Part shown: positions 1 through 14,573 of the stretch, piece by piece
Layout: each line of letters opens with the position of its first letter
Numbering within the stretch: position 1 is the first letter of the stretch
NCBI GenBank assembly: GCA_951406725.2
Contig: OX597820.1
Location: 57,536,001 to 57,600,000 of the forward strand
Reading direction: 5' to 3'
DNA from: Octopus vulgaris
Taxonomy: Eukaryota
DNA length: 64,000 nucleotides
The notes under the pieces: model-generated
Database searches by the model: none
The model's input: only the letters and a program-made list of their open reading frames with translations
Told to the model about the DNA's origin: nothing
Program-made: the position numbers and the translations under genes

Positions 1-19
1 CAACACTGGCAGCTTTACT

Positions 20-330
20 AGTTGTTTTTATGCTGTGCAAATTCTAACGCTTCTTAAACTTTTTAAACCAGCCTTCACTCGCCGGAAAAGGCTTTTCATT
101 AGATGTGCTCGCCCTCCTTGGGGAGGGGAGATAATCAAAAGAATCAAATATTCTCCAAAACTGATATGTCATTAAGAAAAATGATAGGCTACTTGTCTGG
201 AGATAAGAAGACAGTTGTTGACACATGTTTCTTGCTCAAAAGCCATCATCAGCACAGCAATTGTTCAGTATTATTTCCAGTAGACATGGGACTTAGAGTT
301 ATACAAAAAGTGTAGAACACATTCATGGCC
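20..330 (-). mobile_element. Tigger/pogo (CENP-B-like) transposase remnant
   Basis: ORF 44..226(-) ends in EKPFPASEGWFKKFKKR, matching the F-x-AS-x-GW-F-x-x-FKKR motif of the CENP-B/Tigger HTH. Surrounding frames are broken. Confidence 0.7.
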
Positions 331-372
331 TAGGTAATTTGCATAATTTCAATAAAAATGTTGCTGTATCCC

Positions 373-690
373 CTCATTTATTTATTATTTTTTGTGTCTT
401 CTAAAAATTTCCGTTGCTTTTGCGACCATTTCAATAGACGTCGACTCTGTCCGATATCGAAGCTGTGTAACTTCTGTCACGAATAACGGACAGAAATGAC
501 ATCCATTGACGAGGGTGCAAAAGCAACGAAAATTTTTGGAAGACACAAAGAAAGTAACTAATAAATGAGTGGAAACTGAACCGGTGAGTGTGTTAAATAT
601 ATTAAGGCAGTATGGCTCTCCCCAGGCACAACAAAATTTGTTTCAACACACGAATTCACATAAAGAATCTTGCAAACCAGATACCAAAAT
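373..690. mobile_element. Palindromic MITE-like element (partial)
   Basis: 373-569 folds back on itself (tttgtgtcttctaaaaatttccgttgcttttgc vs gcaaaagcaacgaaaatttttggaagacacaaa; tcaatagacgtc..ctgtccg vs cggacag..gacatccattga). 570-690 is homologous to 62771-62900. Confidence 0.65.
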
Positions 691-980
691 GAGATAAAAA
701 TGAACTTAGGGGAAAAGCTCAGAGACGCCAGTAGGTTATCTTTTTCCCGTGTTTGGTTTTTGGGATCTATACTACTGTACGGCACATCGGGCAAGTGGCT
801 CTCACCCCAGTTTCAGATCGGTCAACGCCCTACGTGAGAAACTAAGTCGACAGAAAACATAAGCCCGTCGTATAGAATTGCGTCATTGTTATTAATCCGT
901 GCCCCAGTTCAACATCAGTTGCTGGTCCTTAGTTTTTGCCCACTGTTTCGCATACAGTAAACTCTCTTTTATCCGATACT

Positions 981-1500
<520 letters not shown>

Positions 1501-1578
1501 TTTAATATTAATTCTTTTGCAGGAATGTTACATGACTGAGCGCCCTCGCGTCGTTTCGTTTCTTTTCTCCAAGTAAGT

Positions 1579-1659
<81 letters not shown>

Positions 1660-1722
1660 AAATTAACAGAATAAGATAAAAATCCAAGGCTGTGAAAGAT
1701 TTCAGAACATTTATAAAGAGAA

Positions 1723-1772
1723 GGTATTACAGTTGTTTCCAGGATATTTTATATATCCCTTCATCGGAGACC
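1723..1772 (-). ncRNA. Degenerate minimal (Penelope-type) hammerhead ribozyme motif
   Basis: Minus strand reads ggtct-CCGATGA-a-gggatat..atatcct-g-GAAA-caactg-TA-atacc. U4C in the core and imperfect stems I and III. Confidence 0.45.
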
Positions 1773-1810
1773 GTGCGAGAAAATGGTTAAGCAATAGTTA
1801 TTCTATATTC

Positions 1811-1845
<35 letters not shown>

Positions 1846-2448
1846 ATACGTATGTATGCATGTATGTATGTATGTATGTATGTATACATTTCTATTTTTA
1901 AAACCAACGGTGGTACCCCGGAATGACCGCAACTTTAAAGCTGAAGCAAACTTAAGAGTTATACATATATCATTCAACCACGGTCGTGGTTGAATATATT
2001 CTTCAGTCCACCACTTCGTCAATCGCAGCAACTTCCAAGCCTCCCCACTAATTCAGTTTTCGACGAAATTGCAAACTGTTAAAAGTCTTCAAGAGGACAC
2101 CTCCTCAGCTACACTTTGGCATAAATAGTTTGAGATTTAGTTCAGAAGAAAAAAAAGTTACATCAAAATATCTGTGACCTCAAGGGGGGGGGGGGGGCAG
2201 TAAGGCACCTATTCACCTTCAATTAAGATAAACTTTTTAATTTTAAAATAAAAGTATATTTTTCTTATGCTTAAATGATAGAAAAATGTATGAGAAATTC
2301 AGAGTCGTTAGTCGCATTGAACAAAAATTAGTAGAAGAAAAGTTATGGGGTGAAATACTACAAAATTTCGTGTAAGAGAGTAAGGGAGCAACGCTAATGA
2401 ATAAAAATATTAAAGAATATATTGCTAAAATGAATGTCCACGCTTAAA

Positions 2449-2752
2449 GGCGACGAGCTGGCAGAAACGTTAGCACGCCGGGCGAAATACTTAGCGGTAT
2501 TTCGTCTGCCGTTACGTTCTGAGTTCAAATTCTGCAGTGGTCGACTTTGCCTTTCATCCTTTCGGGGCCGATGAATAAAGTACCAGTTACGCATTGGGGT
2601 CGATGTAATCGACTTAATCCATTTGTCTGTCCTTGTATGTCCTCTCTGTGTTTAGACCCTTTTGGGTAGTAAAGAAATAGGTATTTCTCCTGTGTTTAAG
2701 CTTTGAGTTCAAATTCTGCTCAGGTCAACTTTGCTTTTTATCCATTTCGGAT
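2449..2752 (+). mobile_element. tRNA-derived SINE family A
   Basis: Head ggcgacgagctggcagaaacgttagc, B-box-like gagttcaaattc, central gactttgcctttcatcctttcgggg..agtacc. Start of a second 3' module follows. Many homologues in the window. Confidence 0.85.
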
Positions 2753-3756
2753 CTATTCAATTTGACGTATAGATTATTTAATATTTTTTTAACTAAACAC
2801 TTTGAAACTTCCGATACTAGTACAATATGTCACATACAACAGGGTTTACTCTTAACGTTTTTGACAAAATTTTATGTTTTAGAAGTTATTTCGCCATAAG
2901 TTACAGAGTGGCAATGGACAAATTCGTGTTTGATAAGTGCCAATATACGAAACTCTCAGGTTTCTAACTTCTCTAACTTCTGCCGATGATATATATGCAT
3001 ATTATACATATATGTGTAAAAAATCTCATTACGCAATCAAACCAATGAAAGAACCTCTACCTGGTCGTTCGACACGCTAAAAATAGCAGCCAATATATCT
3101 CCCTTCTCAGTATTTTATAAGGTAAAGTATAAGGTTTATAATCTTAAGAATATTACTTTTAATGTTCGCATTTTTCCATGTAATATAAAAAACAGAGTAC
3201 AGTAAAGAGCGACATGCAACCAAAATCGGGTATTTATTGCCGGGTAAATGACGAGGTATAGCGCATAATTGTATAATGTTTCTAGTACTGTTATGTATTT
3301 ACTTTGGCACGTCGAGGAAACGTGTGTATATCTCATAAAGCTTTGAACACCACGCCTGCTTTCTGATTATTATTTTATATTTGTGAATGTGGTGTGTGGG
3401 GAGAGAGAGTTTAAATGTATTTTGTAAGGCGCTACGGTAATTTTAAAAAAATGATAAAATGATAATAGGATATAGGGAAAATTCAATCATCTAGCAACGT
3501 TAAGTTATAAAACTTGTTCTTTAAATTATACGCGTAAATTATACGTATTTTTTCTCCTAAAGATAATACGGAAGCACATATAAAATTTTAATGAGCTTTG
3601 TAAGGTGCAGTGGTAGTTTATAAACGGCGATCAGATATGCGGAAAATTCAGTTATCCGACAACTTCCGATCTCATTGATGCCCGACAAAAGGGAGTTTAC
3701 TTTATTGGAATCAGATCTCAGTCTGAAGACAGCTTGATAACTTTGCTTGCTGTTCC

Positions 3757-3965
3757 CTACTGCAGTAATAGACCTATGGGTCCTACTTTCTTCATTTCTT
3801 TCCCTGTCAGAGGCCCTGAAACATAATAGACTCTTTCTTTTCCAGCTTTGATTAAAGTATTGAAAACACAACGATAACGTCAGCTTGGATGATTTTACGT
3901 TCCTGGTGGAAATGTGGGTTGGTGGGGACTAAATTGATAAATTTATGAAGTGATTCCTGCTTCAG
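3757..3965 (-). CDS. Candidate last two coding exons (3899-3965 and 3757-3815) of an unidentified gene
   Basis: Acceptors ttttctcag and tgtttcag, an 83-nt GT..AG intron and compatible phase give LKQESLHKFINLVPTNPHFHQERPLTGKEMKKVGPIGLLLQ*. Unique non-repeat sequence. No homology recognised. Confidence 0.35.
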
Positions 3966-4430
3966 CTGAGAAAATCGACAAAAAAAAAAAAGAAACATAT
4001 TACAAAATCATATTCGCCATCGGTCACTGGGGTTCGAAACTAAATGCAGAAAATCTATTTTATAACAGCGGTTTTCTACTGTCTCAGACCCTTCTAACGT
4101 CTCTCAAAACATAATGGTCGTCTCTTACACACACACAATCACATGTGTGTGTGCTCGCGCGCGTATATAGGCATGAGTAAGTGTTTCAGAACTTTATCTT
4201 GCAATTATGTGGTTTCGTGTTCAGTCCCACTATGTGGAATCTACGACAGGTATCTTCTATTATATAATATTATATATTATTATATCATTTATTATATTAT
4301 ATTATTATATTATTTATTATATTATATTATTATTTTATATTATATTATATTATATTATATTATATTATATTATATTATAGTCCCCGGACGACCAATGCCT
4401 AGTGAGTAAATTTAGTAGAGGAAAACTGTG

Positions 4431-4465
<35 letters not shown>

Positions 4466-4959
4466 TGTGTATGGTAAGAAGCTTCCTTCCCAACCACATG
4501 GTAACAGATTCAGCCCCACAGCGTGGGACCTTGAACACGTTTAATTATTTACAGTTTTTACAATATTGAAATAAACTAGTAATTTCATATGTTACGCAAT
4601 CATCAGGTTTATGTAGTGACAGTTGTGTTTCACAACTGACAACTACATAAACCGAATAACTGCGTAACGCAGTTATATATATATATATATATGACGTGAT
4701 TCTTTCAGTTTCCGTCTACCAAATCCACAATTGATTTTGGTCGGCCAAGGCTATAGTAAAAGACATCTGCCCACGGTCCCATGCTGTGGGACTGAACCCG
4801 GTACCATGTGGTTGGGAAACAAGCTTCTTACCAAACACACACACACACACACATACATGTCTATCAACCTATATCTATATCTAAATGTAACCACATGTGA
4901 ATCGCTGGGGATTTCTTTTCCTCCGTCTTCCTTTTCTCTTGGACTTTCCTCTGTCTCCT

Positions 4960-4994
4960 GTTTCCGAAGAGGAGCTTTACTCGAAACTTAAAAC
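4960..4994 (+). ncRNA. Degenerate minimal hammerhead motif in family E repeat
   Basis: gttt-CCGAAGA-g-gag..ctc-GAAA-ct-TA-aaac followed by cctgagcgtc..ctaat, as in the copies at 47.5, 47.7 and 49.35 kb. Confidence 0.4.
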
Positions 4995-5339
4995 CACCTT
5001 TCTTTCTTTCCCTGAGCGTCTGCTAATGCTTTGCATGTACCACGTCCTCGCGTTGTTTTTTCCTTTTATTTGTTCTTCGTTTTTTTTTTTTTTTACTATA
5101 TATACATACCACACACGTACATACGCACACACACACATATGTAGATATGTATATTTTCTACACACATACACACACGCGCGCGCGCGTGTGTGTGTGCTTG
5201 ACATCCGGTGTTGAAGTTCTTACGATATTGTAACTTAGCGGTTCAATAAATCAGCCGATAGAATAAGTACCAGAATTTGATAAAAAAACAACAAAAAAAG
5301 ATGGAAAAGAAGAAGAAAAAGAAAAAGCTACTTCCTAAA

Positions 5340-5765
5340 CATAATGATCCAGGTTTGGTGCCTCTGCGTTACCCACTGGGTAGCTATCTTCTACTATAGT
5401 CTCGGGTTGACTTGTAAGTGGATTTGGTAGACGGAAACTAAAAGAAGCCCCTCGTCCATATGAGTGTGCGCGCGAGAGTGCTTGCATGTTCTTGTGAATA
5501 TGTGTGCCTGTGTGTGTGTGTGTGTGCACGCGCGTATGTGTATGTGACTTTGTTCTTTGTGTTTGTCTCCCACCAACGCTTGATTACCGATGTTGGTTTG
5601 TTTACGTCCCCATAAATTAGCGGCACGGCAAAAATACACATAGAATAACAACCGTGCTTTACAAAAAAAAAAAAAAAGGTATTGGGGTGATTCGTTCGAC
5701 TACAACCATTCAAGATGGTGCCCCAGCTTGGCTGCAGTCGAATGACAGAAACAAAAGATTAAAGA
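5340..5765 (+). mobile_element. SINE family B (diverged)
   Basis: tcttctactatag..gtggatttggtagacggaaact..gccccagcttggctgcagtc matches the full copy at 40333. Confidence 0.7.
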
Positions 5766-6985
5766 CAAAAAACGGGTTGTGCGCACGTGAGTGCCAACAA
5801 AGATACACAAACATGTGATTATGTGGCTTGCATGCTCTTCCTAATGGCGTTAGTATCGTAACCAAAGTGAAATTACCTCAACGCGCGGGGAGAAAAAAAA
5901 TCAATCCAAAGGATACGAATGCGCAAATATTTATCTCAAGGGATTTAGTTATGCCCCTTTACGATCTGAGTTCAAATCATACCAAGCTAAACGTCACTCT
6001 TCCTCCCTCCACGAAATTCACTACCAGTTATTTATATACTGATGATCAATTCCGGTAATAGTCCGTCCATACACTCACACATCTGTGCTACTGTGCCCCG
6101 ATTTTAAAACCATAAACTACAACTGAGCCTAAATAGGGTTTTGTTAGTTATCTCCCTTGGAAATCACATGAATTCATAACCGCAAGGAATAATAGGGCAT
6201 GCAGTAGTTTCCCTTAGATCAAAAGTTATTGAGGCTTTCGTGATTAGAAGAGGAAATCGCCGTAACTTTTGCCTCTCGGTATGAGATTCGGCGAGATAAA
6301 TTCAAAGCAATCGATACTTCAGTTCCGGTTATTTTTACTTATTTAAAGGATGAGGATTATTATTATTTTTTTTATTGATGTTATATTTTGTTTTATCAAA
6401 TACATGAAACAGAATTGTTTTCAGAATAACAAAAGGAGTCGAGATGGGGAAATTGAATTTTAAATTCGAATTGAAATTCTGTAAATACTAGATTTATGAA
6501 GTTACATATAAAATTTAAATTACATTTTCTATTTTGATTTTTTTTTTTAACATTCAATTGTTATCTTTGTTTAATTTTATTCCTCTGGTAAATTTAATTC
6601 GATTTTTACCTCACAACGTGGGTTTTGTGACAGGGCACGCGCGTGTGTGTATAGACATATACGTGTGTGAATAAATGTATTTATGTACGAAGATGAACAT
6701 GAATATACATATATGAATGTATGCAAATATAATGATATAAGTATTCATTCACCCAGTCTACGTATATATATCGATATTCATCCACCCATGTACACACACG
6801 CACACACACACACACACACACATACATAAATATACATACCTCCCTACCAGCAACCATCCATCCATATGTACGTACGTATGTACTTACGAACGTACATATA
6901 TATATACATGCATGCATGCATGCATGTATATATACATACACAAACGCAAGCATACATGCATACACACATATACATACATAACATA

Positions 6986-7035
<50 letters not shown>

Positions 7036-7049
7036 TATACATAAATATA

Positions 7050-7293
7050 TTGGGTTGGTGCATAATTTTTGCGGCTTTTTTTCAAAAATTGTTTTTGGAT
7101 CAGAAACAATAACAACATGTAACAAAACCATCTTTAAATGATTATTCCGGAGCATATTCACCATCCACTTCAATTACTGCTTACTATTTGTTTGGTATAA
7201 CGTCATTTAAAGATGTTTTTGTTAATTATTGTTATTGTTTTTGTTCAATAAAGTTTGTTGAAAAAAAGCCGAAATAATTATGCACCGACCCAA
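7050..7293. mobile_element. Mariner-type MITE
   Basis: TIRs ttgggttggtgcataatt / aattatgcaccgacccaa, TA on both sides, non-coding interior. Confidence 0.8.
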
Positions 7294-7364
7294 TACATAC
7301 ATATACCTACCTACCTACCTACCTAACAGCATCCATCCGCCCACAGAAACGTACATACGTATAT

Positions 7365-7614
7365 GCTCTTTATTCTTTAATCTTTTATTTATTTCACTCA
7401 TTTGACTGTGGCCATGCTGGAGCACTGCCTTTAGTCGAGCAAATCAAACCCAGGACTTATTCTTTGTAAGCCTAGTACTTATTCTATCGGTCACTTTTGC
7501 CGAACCGCTAAGTTACGCGGACGTAAACACACCAGCATCGGTTGTCAAGCGATGTTGGAGGGATAAACACAGACACACAAACAAACACACACACACACAC
7601 ACATATACATATAC

Positions 7615-7653
<39 letters not shown>

Positions 7654-7658
7654 TATAG

Positions 7659-7707
<49 letters not shown>

Positions 7708-7880
7708 TACATATACATATATACGACGGGCTTCTTTCAGTTTCCATCTACCAAATCCACTCACAAGGCTTTGGTCGGAACGAGGCTATAGTAGAAGATA
7801 GTAGACAATACTTGCCCAAGATGCCACGCAGTGGGAATGAACCCGGAACCATGTGGTTGGTAAGCAAGCTACTTACCACA
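7365..7880 (-). mobile_element. SINE family B
   Basis: Reverse complement of 40333-40744 with an internal microsatellite expansion. Confidence 0.85.
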
Positions 7881-8334
7881 AAGACGCTCCGTACATACAT
7901 ACATACATACATACATACATACATACATACATACATACTTGCTTACATGCATATTCACATATGTCAGGTCGCGCTATTTGTAACATGTAATCCAGAACAA
8001 CTTGTTGCACAGTTGGGTCGTTGGTGACTGAACTATGAACCTCAAAGAAGACTTGCTTGGTGAGGAGGGTAGTTTTCTCACACACACTGCAGGATGAAAA
8101 ACAAAACATGCCAAAAGGCGAATGAACTCAGAGACGCCAAAGACGAACCCTGATTATTATATGTGCATATACATATTTGTATGTGCGTATGTTTACATAA
8201 CAATATAAGACGCATGTGGGGCAGGGCACACCTACTAGAAGCCTGCTGTGTTTGTCGTCTTACACCATCTTACTGATATGCATGTACGTGTGAGTATGCG
8301 TGTGCGCTTGTGTCTCTGTGTGTGCGTGTGAGCT

Positions 8335-9120
8335 TCTGTCTGTCGTTACGTTCTGAGTTCAAATTCCGCGGAGGGCGACTTTGCCTTTCATCCTTGCGGG
8401 GTCGATAAATAAAGTACCAGTTTCGCACTGGGGTCGATGTAATCGACTTAATCCCTTTGTCTGTCCTTGTTTGGCCACTCTATGTTTAGCCCCTTGTGGG
8501 TAGTAAAGAAATATGTGTGTGCGTGTGAGCGTGTGTGCATGCGTTTGTGTGCGTGGCTGTGTGTTTGTTTGTGTGTGTGCGCGTGTGTGTGTCTGTATGT
8601 GAGCGTTTATGTTTGTATGTGTTTGTGTTTGATATTTGTGTATGGTGCATATGTGTGCGTATGAGTGAGTTTGTGTGTGTGTGTGTGCATGACTTTTTGG
8701 GTGTACGTCGCTGTATGTTTGTCTGTGTTTTTGTATATGTGAGCGTGTGTGCGTTTGCAGGTGGTAAGTGTTGGTGCATGTGAATGTGTGTGGGTCTGCT
8801 TGTGTGTGTGTTAGTGTGTGTGCGTTTGCATGTGGTAAGTGTGTGGTGCATGTGAATGTGTGTTACGCACTGGGGTCGATATAATCGACTAATCCATTTG
8901 TCTGTCCTTGTTTGTCCCCTCTGTGTGTAGCCCCTTGTGGGCAGAAAAGAAATAAGAATCGTCAGCAAGCCAAGCGAAAAACCTTAGCATCATTTCGTCC
9001 GTCTTTACGTTCTGAGTTCAAATTCCGCCGAGGTCGACTTTACCTTTAATTTTTTTTTCGAGGTCGATAAAATAAATCTTCACCCCCATTCAAAAAACTA
9101 CCTGGCCCTGTTCCAAAATA
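8335..9120 (+). mobile_element. SINE family A fragments separated by TG-rich low-complexity DNA
   Basis: acgttctgagttcaaattccgc..gactttgcctttcatcc and gcactggggtcgat modules at 8335-8510 and 8862-9120. Confidence 0.75.
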
Positions 9121-9864
9121 TGAAACCATTATTATTATCATTATTATTAAGCGCGAACCTACAAAAAATACAAATTAATAATGGTTTAGTGAATAGTAAT
9201 TGATCAAAACACCCAGGTCAAGTTTTACCTTTAAAATACATACCAGTAAGATACTGAGGTCAGTTTAATCGTCTATATACAAAAGAATGGCCTTTTGTTT
9301 AGCTAGAAGAAATCAATATTGTTTATATAATATAGTCTTTTGCCAACGAAGAAATCAATATGGTTGACTTATAAAAGCAAAATGAATCTTGTTTATTATT
9401 ATTTGTGTGTGGTGAATACGTTTCAGTTAGAATGTATGTGTGTGAATGAGTGTGAGTGAGTGTGTGCACGTGTGTGTGTGCATGTGTGTCTGTGTGTGTA
9501 TGTGTGTGTACTTGTGTGTGTACTTGTGTGTGTGTGTGTGTGTGTGTGTGTTATGTGTCTTCAAATACAAACATAGGTATATGCGTACATACATACAAGG
9601 AGACAAAAATAATTACATATGTAGGTTTACATGCGTGCATATATACATATTCATGTATGTGTGTATGGTATGTGTCTGTGTATGTGTGTGGTTGTGAGTG
9701 TGCGTGTTTGTGTTCGCATGTACGTGTATATAAATATATATATATATATATATCCATAGTGGTGTGTGAATAACCATACATACATACATATTTATATACA
9801 CACTCGTATACACATGCTATAAATACACATGCACATATATACACGTACATATATATGCATATGT

Positions 9865-9910
<46 letters not shown>

Positions 9911-10094
9911 CATGCATATATATGCACATAGATTTATATATGCATATTCATATACATAGATATAGATGCATATACATATTACATAGATAATCACATACAT
10001 TTACATACATCCATAAATATATACAAACATACGTAAACACAATATATATATATATATATATATATATGTGCGTGTGTGTGTATATATGTATATA

Positions 10095-10172
<78 letters not shown>

Positions 10173-10574
10173 TATAAACATATCCTCTTACAACTTTGAC
10201 TTAAGAAGACATTCGCTTATGGTAATAATAATAATCAAAGACGTTCTTACTTTACCATTTTACCATAGGAATTAATTATGATTGAACACACTATAGAAAT
10301 AACATTAGATTAAAAACAAACGAACGAACAAACAAAGAAGCAAACAAACAAACGAACAAAAATACAAACAAACAAAAACATATTAAAGTTTCCTAAACTA
10401 TTTATAAATACGATATAGTTAAAATACGTGTATTGCTTTGAGACTCCTTGAAACAAACTTTGCTCATAGGCAATATCTGTCAGTTTTTCCGCTGAAGTAT
10501 TTCTGAAAAGAATATTCGAAACGAAAGGAATGCCTTAATAAAATCAGTCTTTTATGTCACTAATAGTGGGTGTA

Positions 10575-10642
<68 letters not shown>

Positions 10643-11453
10643 GTATGTATTTATGTGTGTATGTATGTATGTATGTATGTATGTATATATGTATGTACAT
10701 ATATATGCATGTATGTACATATATATATGCATGTTTGTATGTATGTATGTATGTATGTATGTATGTATGTATGTATGTATATAATTGTATGTAAGTGAAA
10801 ATGTATATGTGCATATACGTGTTTATATATATATGTGTGTGTAAATATACTATAGTATATACGTATATATACGTATACATACACATATGTAAACATATAT
10901 ATGTGTATGTACGTATATACGTATATATATATATATGTATGTGCGTGTATGTGTGTATTTGAAAATACATATATATATGTGTATCTATGTATAAATACAT
11001 TTAAAGATACATATACACACACAAATATATATACTTACATGTGTGTGTATGTGTGTGCGTGTGTACATATATATGTATATATCTGTATGCGTTTATTCAT
11101 ATTTGCATATTCATATACAGATGCATATGTATGCTTATGTGCATACATACGTTCACACACACACACACATACACACATACACACATACACATGCCCCCAC
11201 AGATACATGTATACGAAATACGAAAACAAATTTTTTGTTCCTTTGTGCACTGTGTCTATCTCATTATGGCAGGTTGACAGAGAAGATCTTTTAGAATGAG
11301 TGGATTTGACATGTAAAATCTAATGAAATATTCGTTAATTTTATGCAGCAAAAACAACTGCAACAGTAAGCTGTGCAAATCATGTCCCCTATTCATTCAT
11401 TCTCTATTAGGTTAGTAAAAGCGCGCGCACACATACATAGATACATAGACACA

Positions 11454-11840
11454 TCTATTATATAGAATCCGTTCTATCTATCTGTGTGTGTGTGTGTCTT
11501 CTAGGATCTCGGGCATCCTCCATCCGATCGCGCTCAAATTTGATTTGTAGATACCGACGGTATCAGGGCGTGTATAAGTTTTGAAAAATTACAAAAATCA
11601 ATTCCAGGTGAGAATGCGATCGATTAAGCCGTGGTAACGTGCATTTGTAAAATCTTTTTTCTTGGAATAGAAAAAAAGTCTATCTTTATTTCTTCTTTTG
11701 CTGGTGTCTCAAATTTAGCTTAAATCAGTGTTTCTTAAAGGGGAGGCCTATGGGACGGTCGGACAAGTTTTGAGAAAATTTGGTTTAAATGTTTGTCAAC
11801 TGAGCACCGTCCGTTGGACGGGGTGGGGGCGTTTTGCTCG
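11454..11840 (+). mobile_element. Non-autonomous Helitron-like element
   Basis: Starts a|TCTATTATATAG, has an internal (TG)n tract and a 3' hairpin ccgtcc-gtt-ggacgg, and ends CTCG|t (CTAG variant). Confidence 0.5.
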
Positions 11841-11940
11841 TATTTATATTTACACATATCTGTGTGCATTACATATATGTATATATGTATCTCATTCTAT
11901 ATTATCATCATCATCATCATCAACATCATCATTACCATTG

Positions 11941-12160
11941 AGGCAGTGAGCTGGCAGAATCCTTAGCGTGCTGGACGAAATGCTTTTCGGTAATTCGCCC
12001 GTGGCTACGTTCTAGAGTTCAAATCCCACCGAGGTCGACTTTGCCTTTCATCCTTTCGGGGTCGATAAATTAAGTACTAATTGCGCACTGGAGGTCGACC
12101 TAATCGACTGGTACCCTCCCCCAAAATTTCGGGCCACGTGCCTAGAGTAGAAAAGATTAT
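11941..12160 (+). mobile_element. SINE family A (alternative 3' tail)
   Basis: Family A head and core, then tccccaaaatttcgggccacgtgcctagagtagaaaag and an (ATT)n tail. Confidence 0.8.
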
Positions 12161-12259
12161 TATTATTATTATTATTATTGATGTTGTTGTTGTTGTCGTC
12201 GTCGTCGTCGTCGTCGTTGTTGTTGTTGTTCTTGCTGCTGCTGCAGCTGCTGCTGCTGC

Positions 12260-12299
<40 letters not shown>

Positions 12300-12522
12300 A
12301 CTATTATTATGGAAATTTTGGTGGAGGAGAAGAGCGGAGTTGATTACAACGACTACAGTACCTGACTGTTTTTTTTATTTTATCGACTCCAAAAGAATGA
12401 ACGGCAAAGTCGACTTCGGCGGGTTAATCTTGCGTTTCGCCTTTTTGATAACATTAATAAGTCGAGCACTGTGTCCCTCTCCCAAAATTACCGGCATGCA
12501 CCTATAGTAGAAAGGATTATTA

Positions 12523-13215
<693 letters not shown>

Positions 13216-13436
13216 TCAATATAGGGTGGCAAAAAAATTTTGTAGAATTCTTTTGCCACCAGCGGCCTAGTGGGAAAAAAATTAAATAGTCATAAACCAT
13301 TTTTAAGTTCAACATCACAATCAAGGAACGGCCATAATAGGCCATTCACCCACTAGAAATAACAGCCAAAAGCTTTAACCGCAAAATAACGTCAATTCCG
13401 TAAACCAGGAGAAAATTAAAAAACATTTACCCTGTA

Positions 13437-13543
13437 ATTTCTTAGACGATGCACCGTTTCATCTACTGTTTAATGGAAAACTAACCTGATTAAATTAAAT
13501 CAAGCCAATCTACCATAGGCCCTTAGATTCATCAGTAAGAAAT
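13437..13543 (-). ncRNA. Type I hammerhead ribozyme
   Basis: Reverse complement of the 14294-14400 motif. Predicted cleavage between 13445 and 13444. Confidence 0.88.
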
Positions 13544-14293
13544 AGCCAAGCCGGAACAGATATTTTTCACGAGGCAAGTCTGCACCTCGTCAATATCTGA
13601 CCTAAAATTTTCAAATCGTCGCATATCGCGCCAAATTTATCGGCAGCAAATAAATATAAGCCGCCGATTCCATTACGGAATTAACCAGAAAATTCATAAT
13701 TAATCAATATAGGTGGCAAAAAAATTTTGTAGAATTCTTTTGCCACCAGCGGCTAGTGGGAAAAAATTAAATAGTCATAAACCATTTTTAAGTTCAACAT
13801 CACAATCAAGGAACGGCCATAATAGGCCATTCACCCACTAGAAATAACAGCCAAAAGCTTTAACTGCAAAATAACGTCAATTCCGTAAACCATGAGAAAA
13901 TTAAAAAACATTTACCCTGTAATTTTTTTAATTTTCTCCTGGTTTACGGAATTGACGTTATTTTGCGGTTAAAGCTTTTGGCTGTTATTTCTAGTGGGTG
14001 AATGGCCTATTATGGCCGTTCCTTGATTGTGATGTTGAACTTAAAAATGGTTTATGACTATTTAATTTTTTCCCACTAGGCCGCTGGTGGCAAAAGAATT
14101 CTACAAAATTTTTTTGCCACCCTATATTGATTAATTATGAATTTTCTGGTTAATTCCGTAATGGAATCGGCGGCTTATATTTATTTGCTGCCGATAAATT
14201 TGGCGCGAGTGCGACGATTTGAAAATTTTAGGTCAGATATTGACGAGGTAGCAACGAGAATGCCTCGTGAAAAATATCTGTTCCGGCTTGGCT

Positions 14294-14400
14294 ATTTCTT
14301 ACTGATGAATCTAAGGGCCTATGGTAGATTGGCTTGATTTAATTTAATCAGGTTAGTTTTCCATTAAACAGTAGATGAAACGGTGCATCGTCTAAGAAAT
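14294..14400 (+). ncRNA. Type I hammerhead ribozyme
   Basis: Stem I atttctta(14294-14301)/taagaaat(14393-14400), CTGATGA 14302-14308, stem II atcta..tagat with a long inner hairpin, GAAA 14377-14380, quasi-palindromic stem III cggtgcatcg, GTC triplet 14390-14392. Confidence 0.9.
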
Positions 14401-14525
14401 TACAGGGTAAATGTTTTTTAATTTTCTCCTGGTTTACGGAATTGACGTTATTTTGCGGTTAAAGCTTTTGGCTGTTATTTCTAGTGGGTGAATGGCCTAT
14501 TATGGCCGTTCCTTGATTGTGATGT

Positions 14526-14573
<48 letters not shown>

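Noticed and set aside
1965-2012. CUGAAGA followed by a strong attcaaccacg/cgtggttgaat hairpin on the minus strand
   Set aside because: No GAAA..UH and no stem I.
10487-10530. ctgaag..gaaacg motif before AATAAA and (TA)n
   Set aside because: The core is too degenerate (A9 and UH missing).
14137-14337. 66-aa ORF inside the hammerhead repeat
   Set aside because: It is short, has no recognisable motif, and the homologous minus-arm copy has indels in this region.
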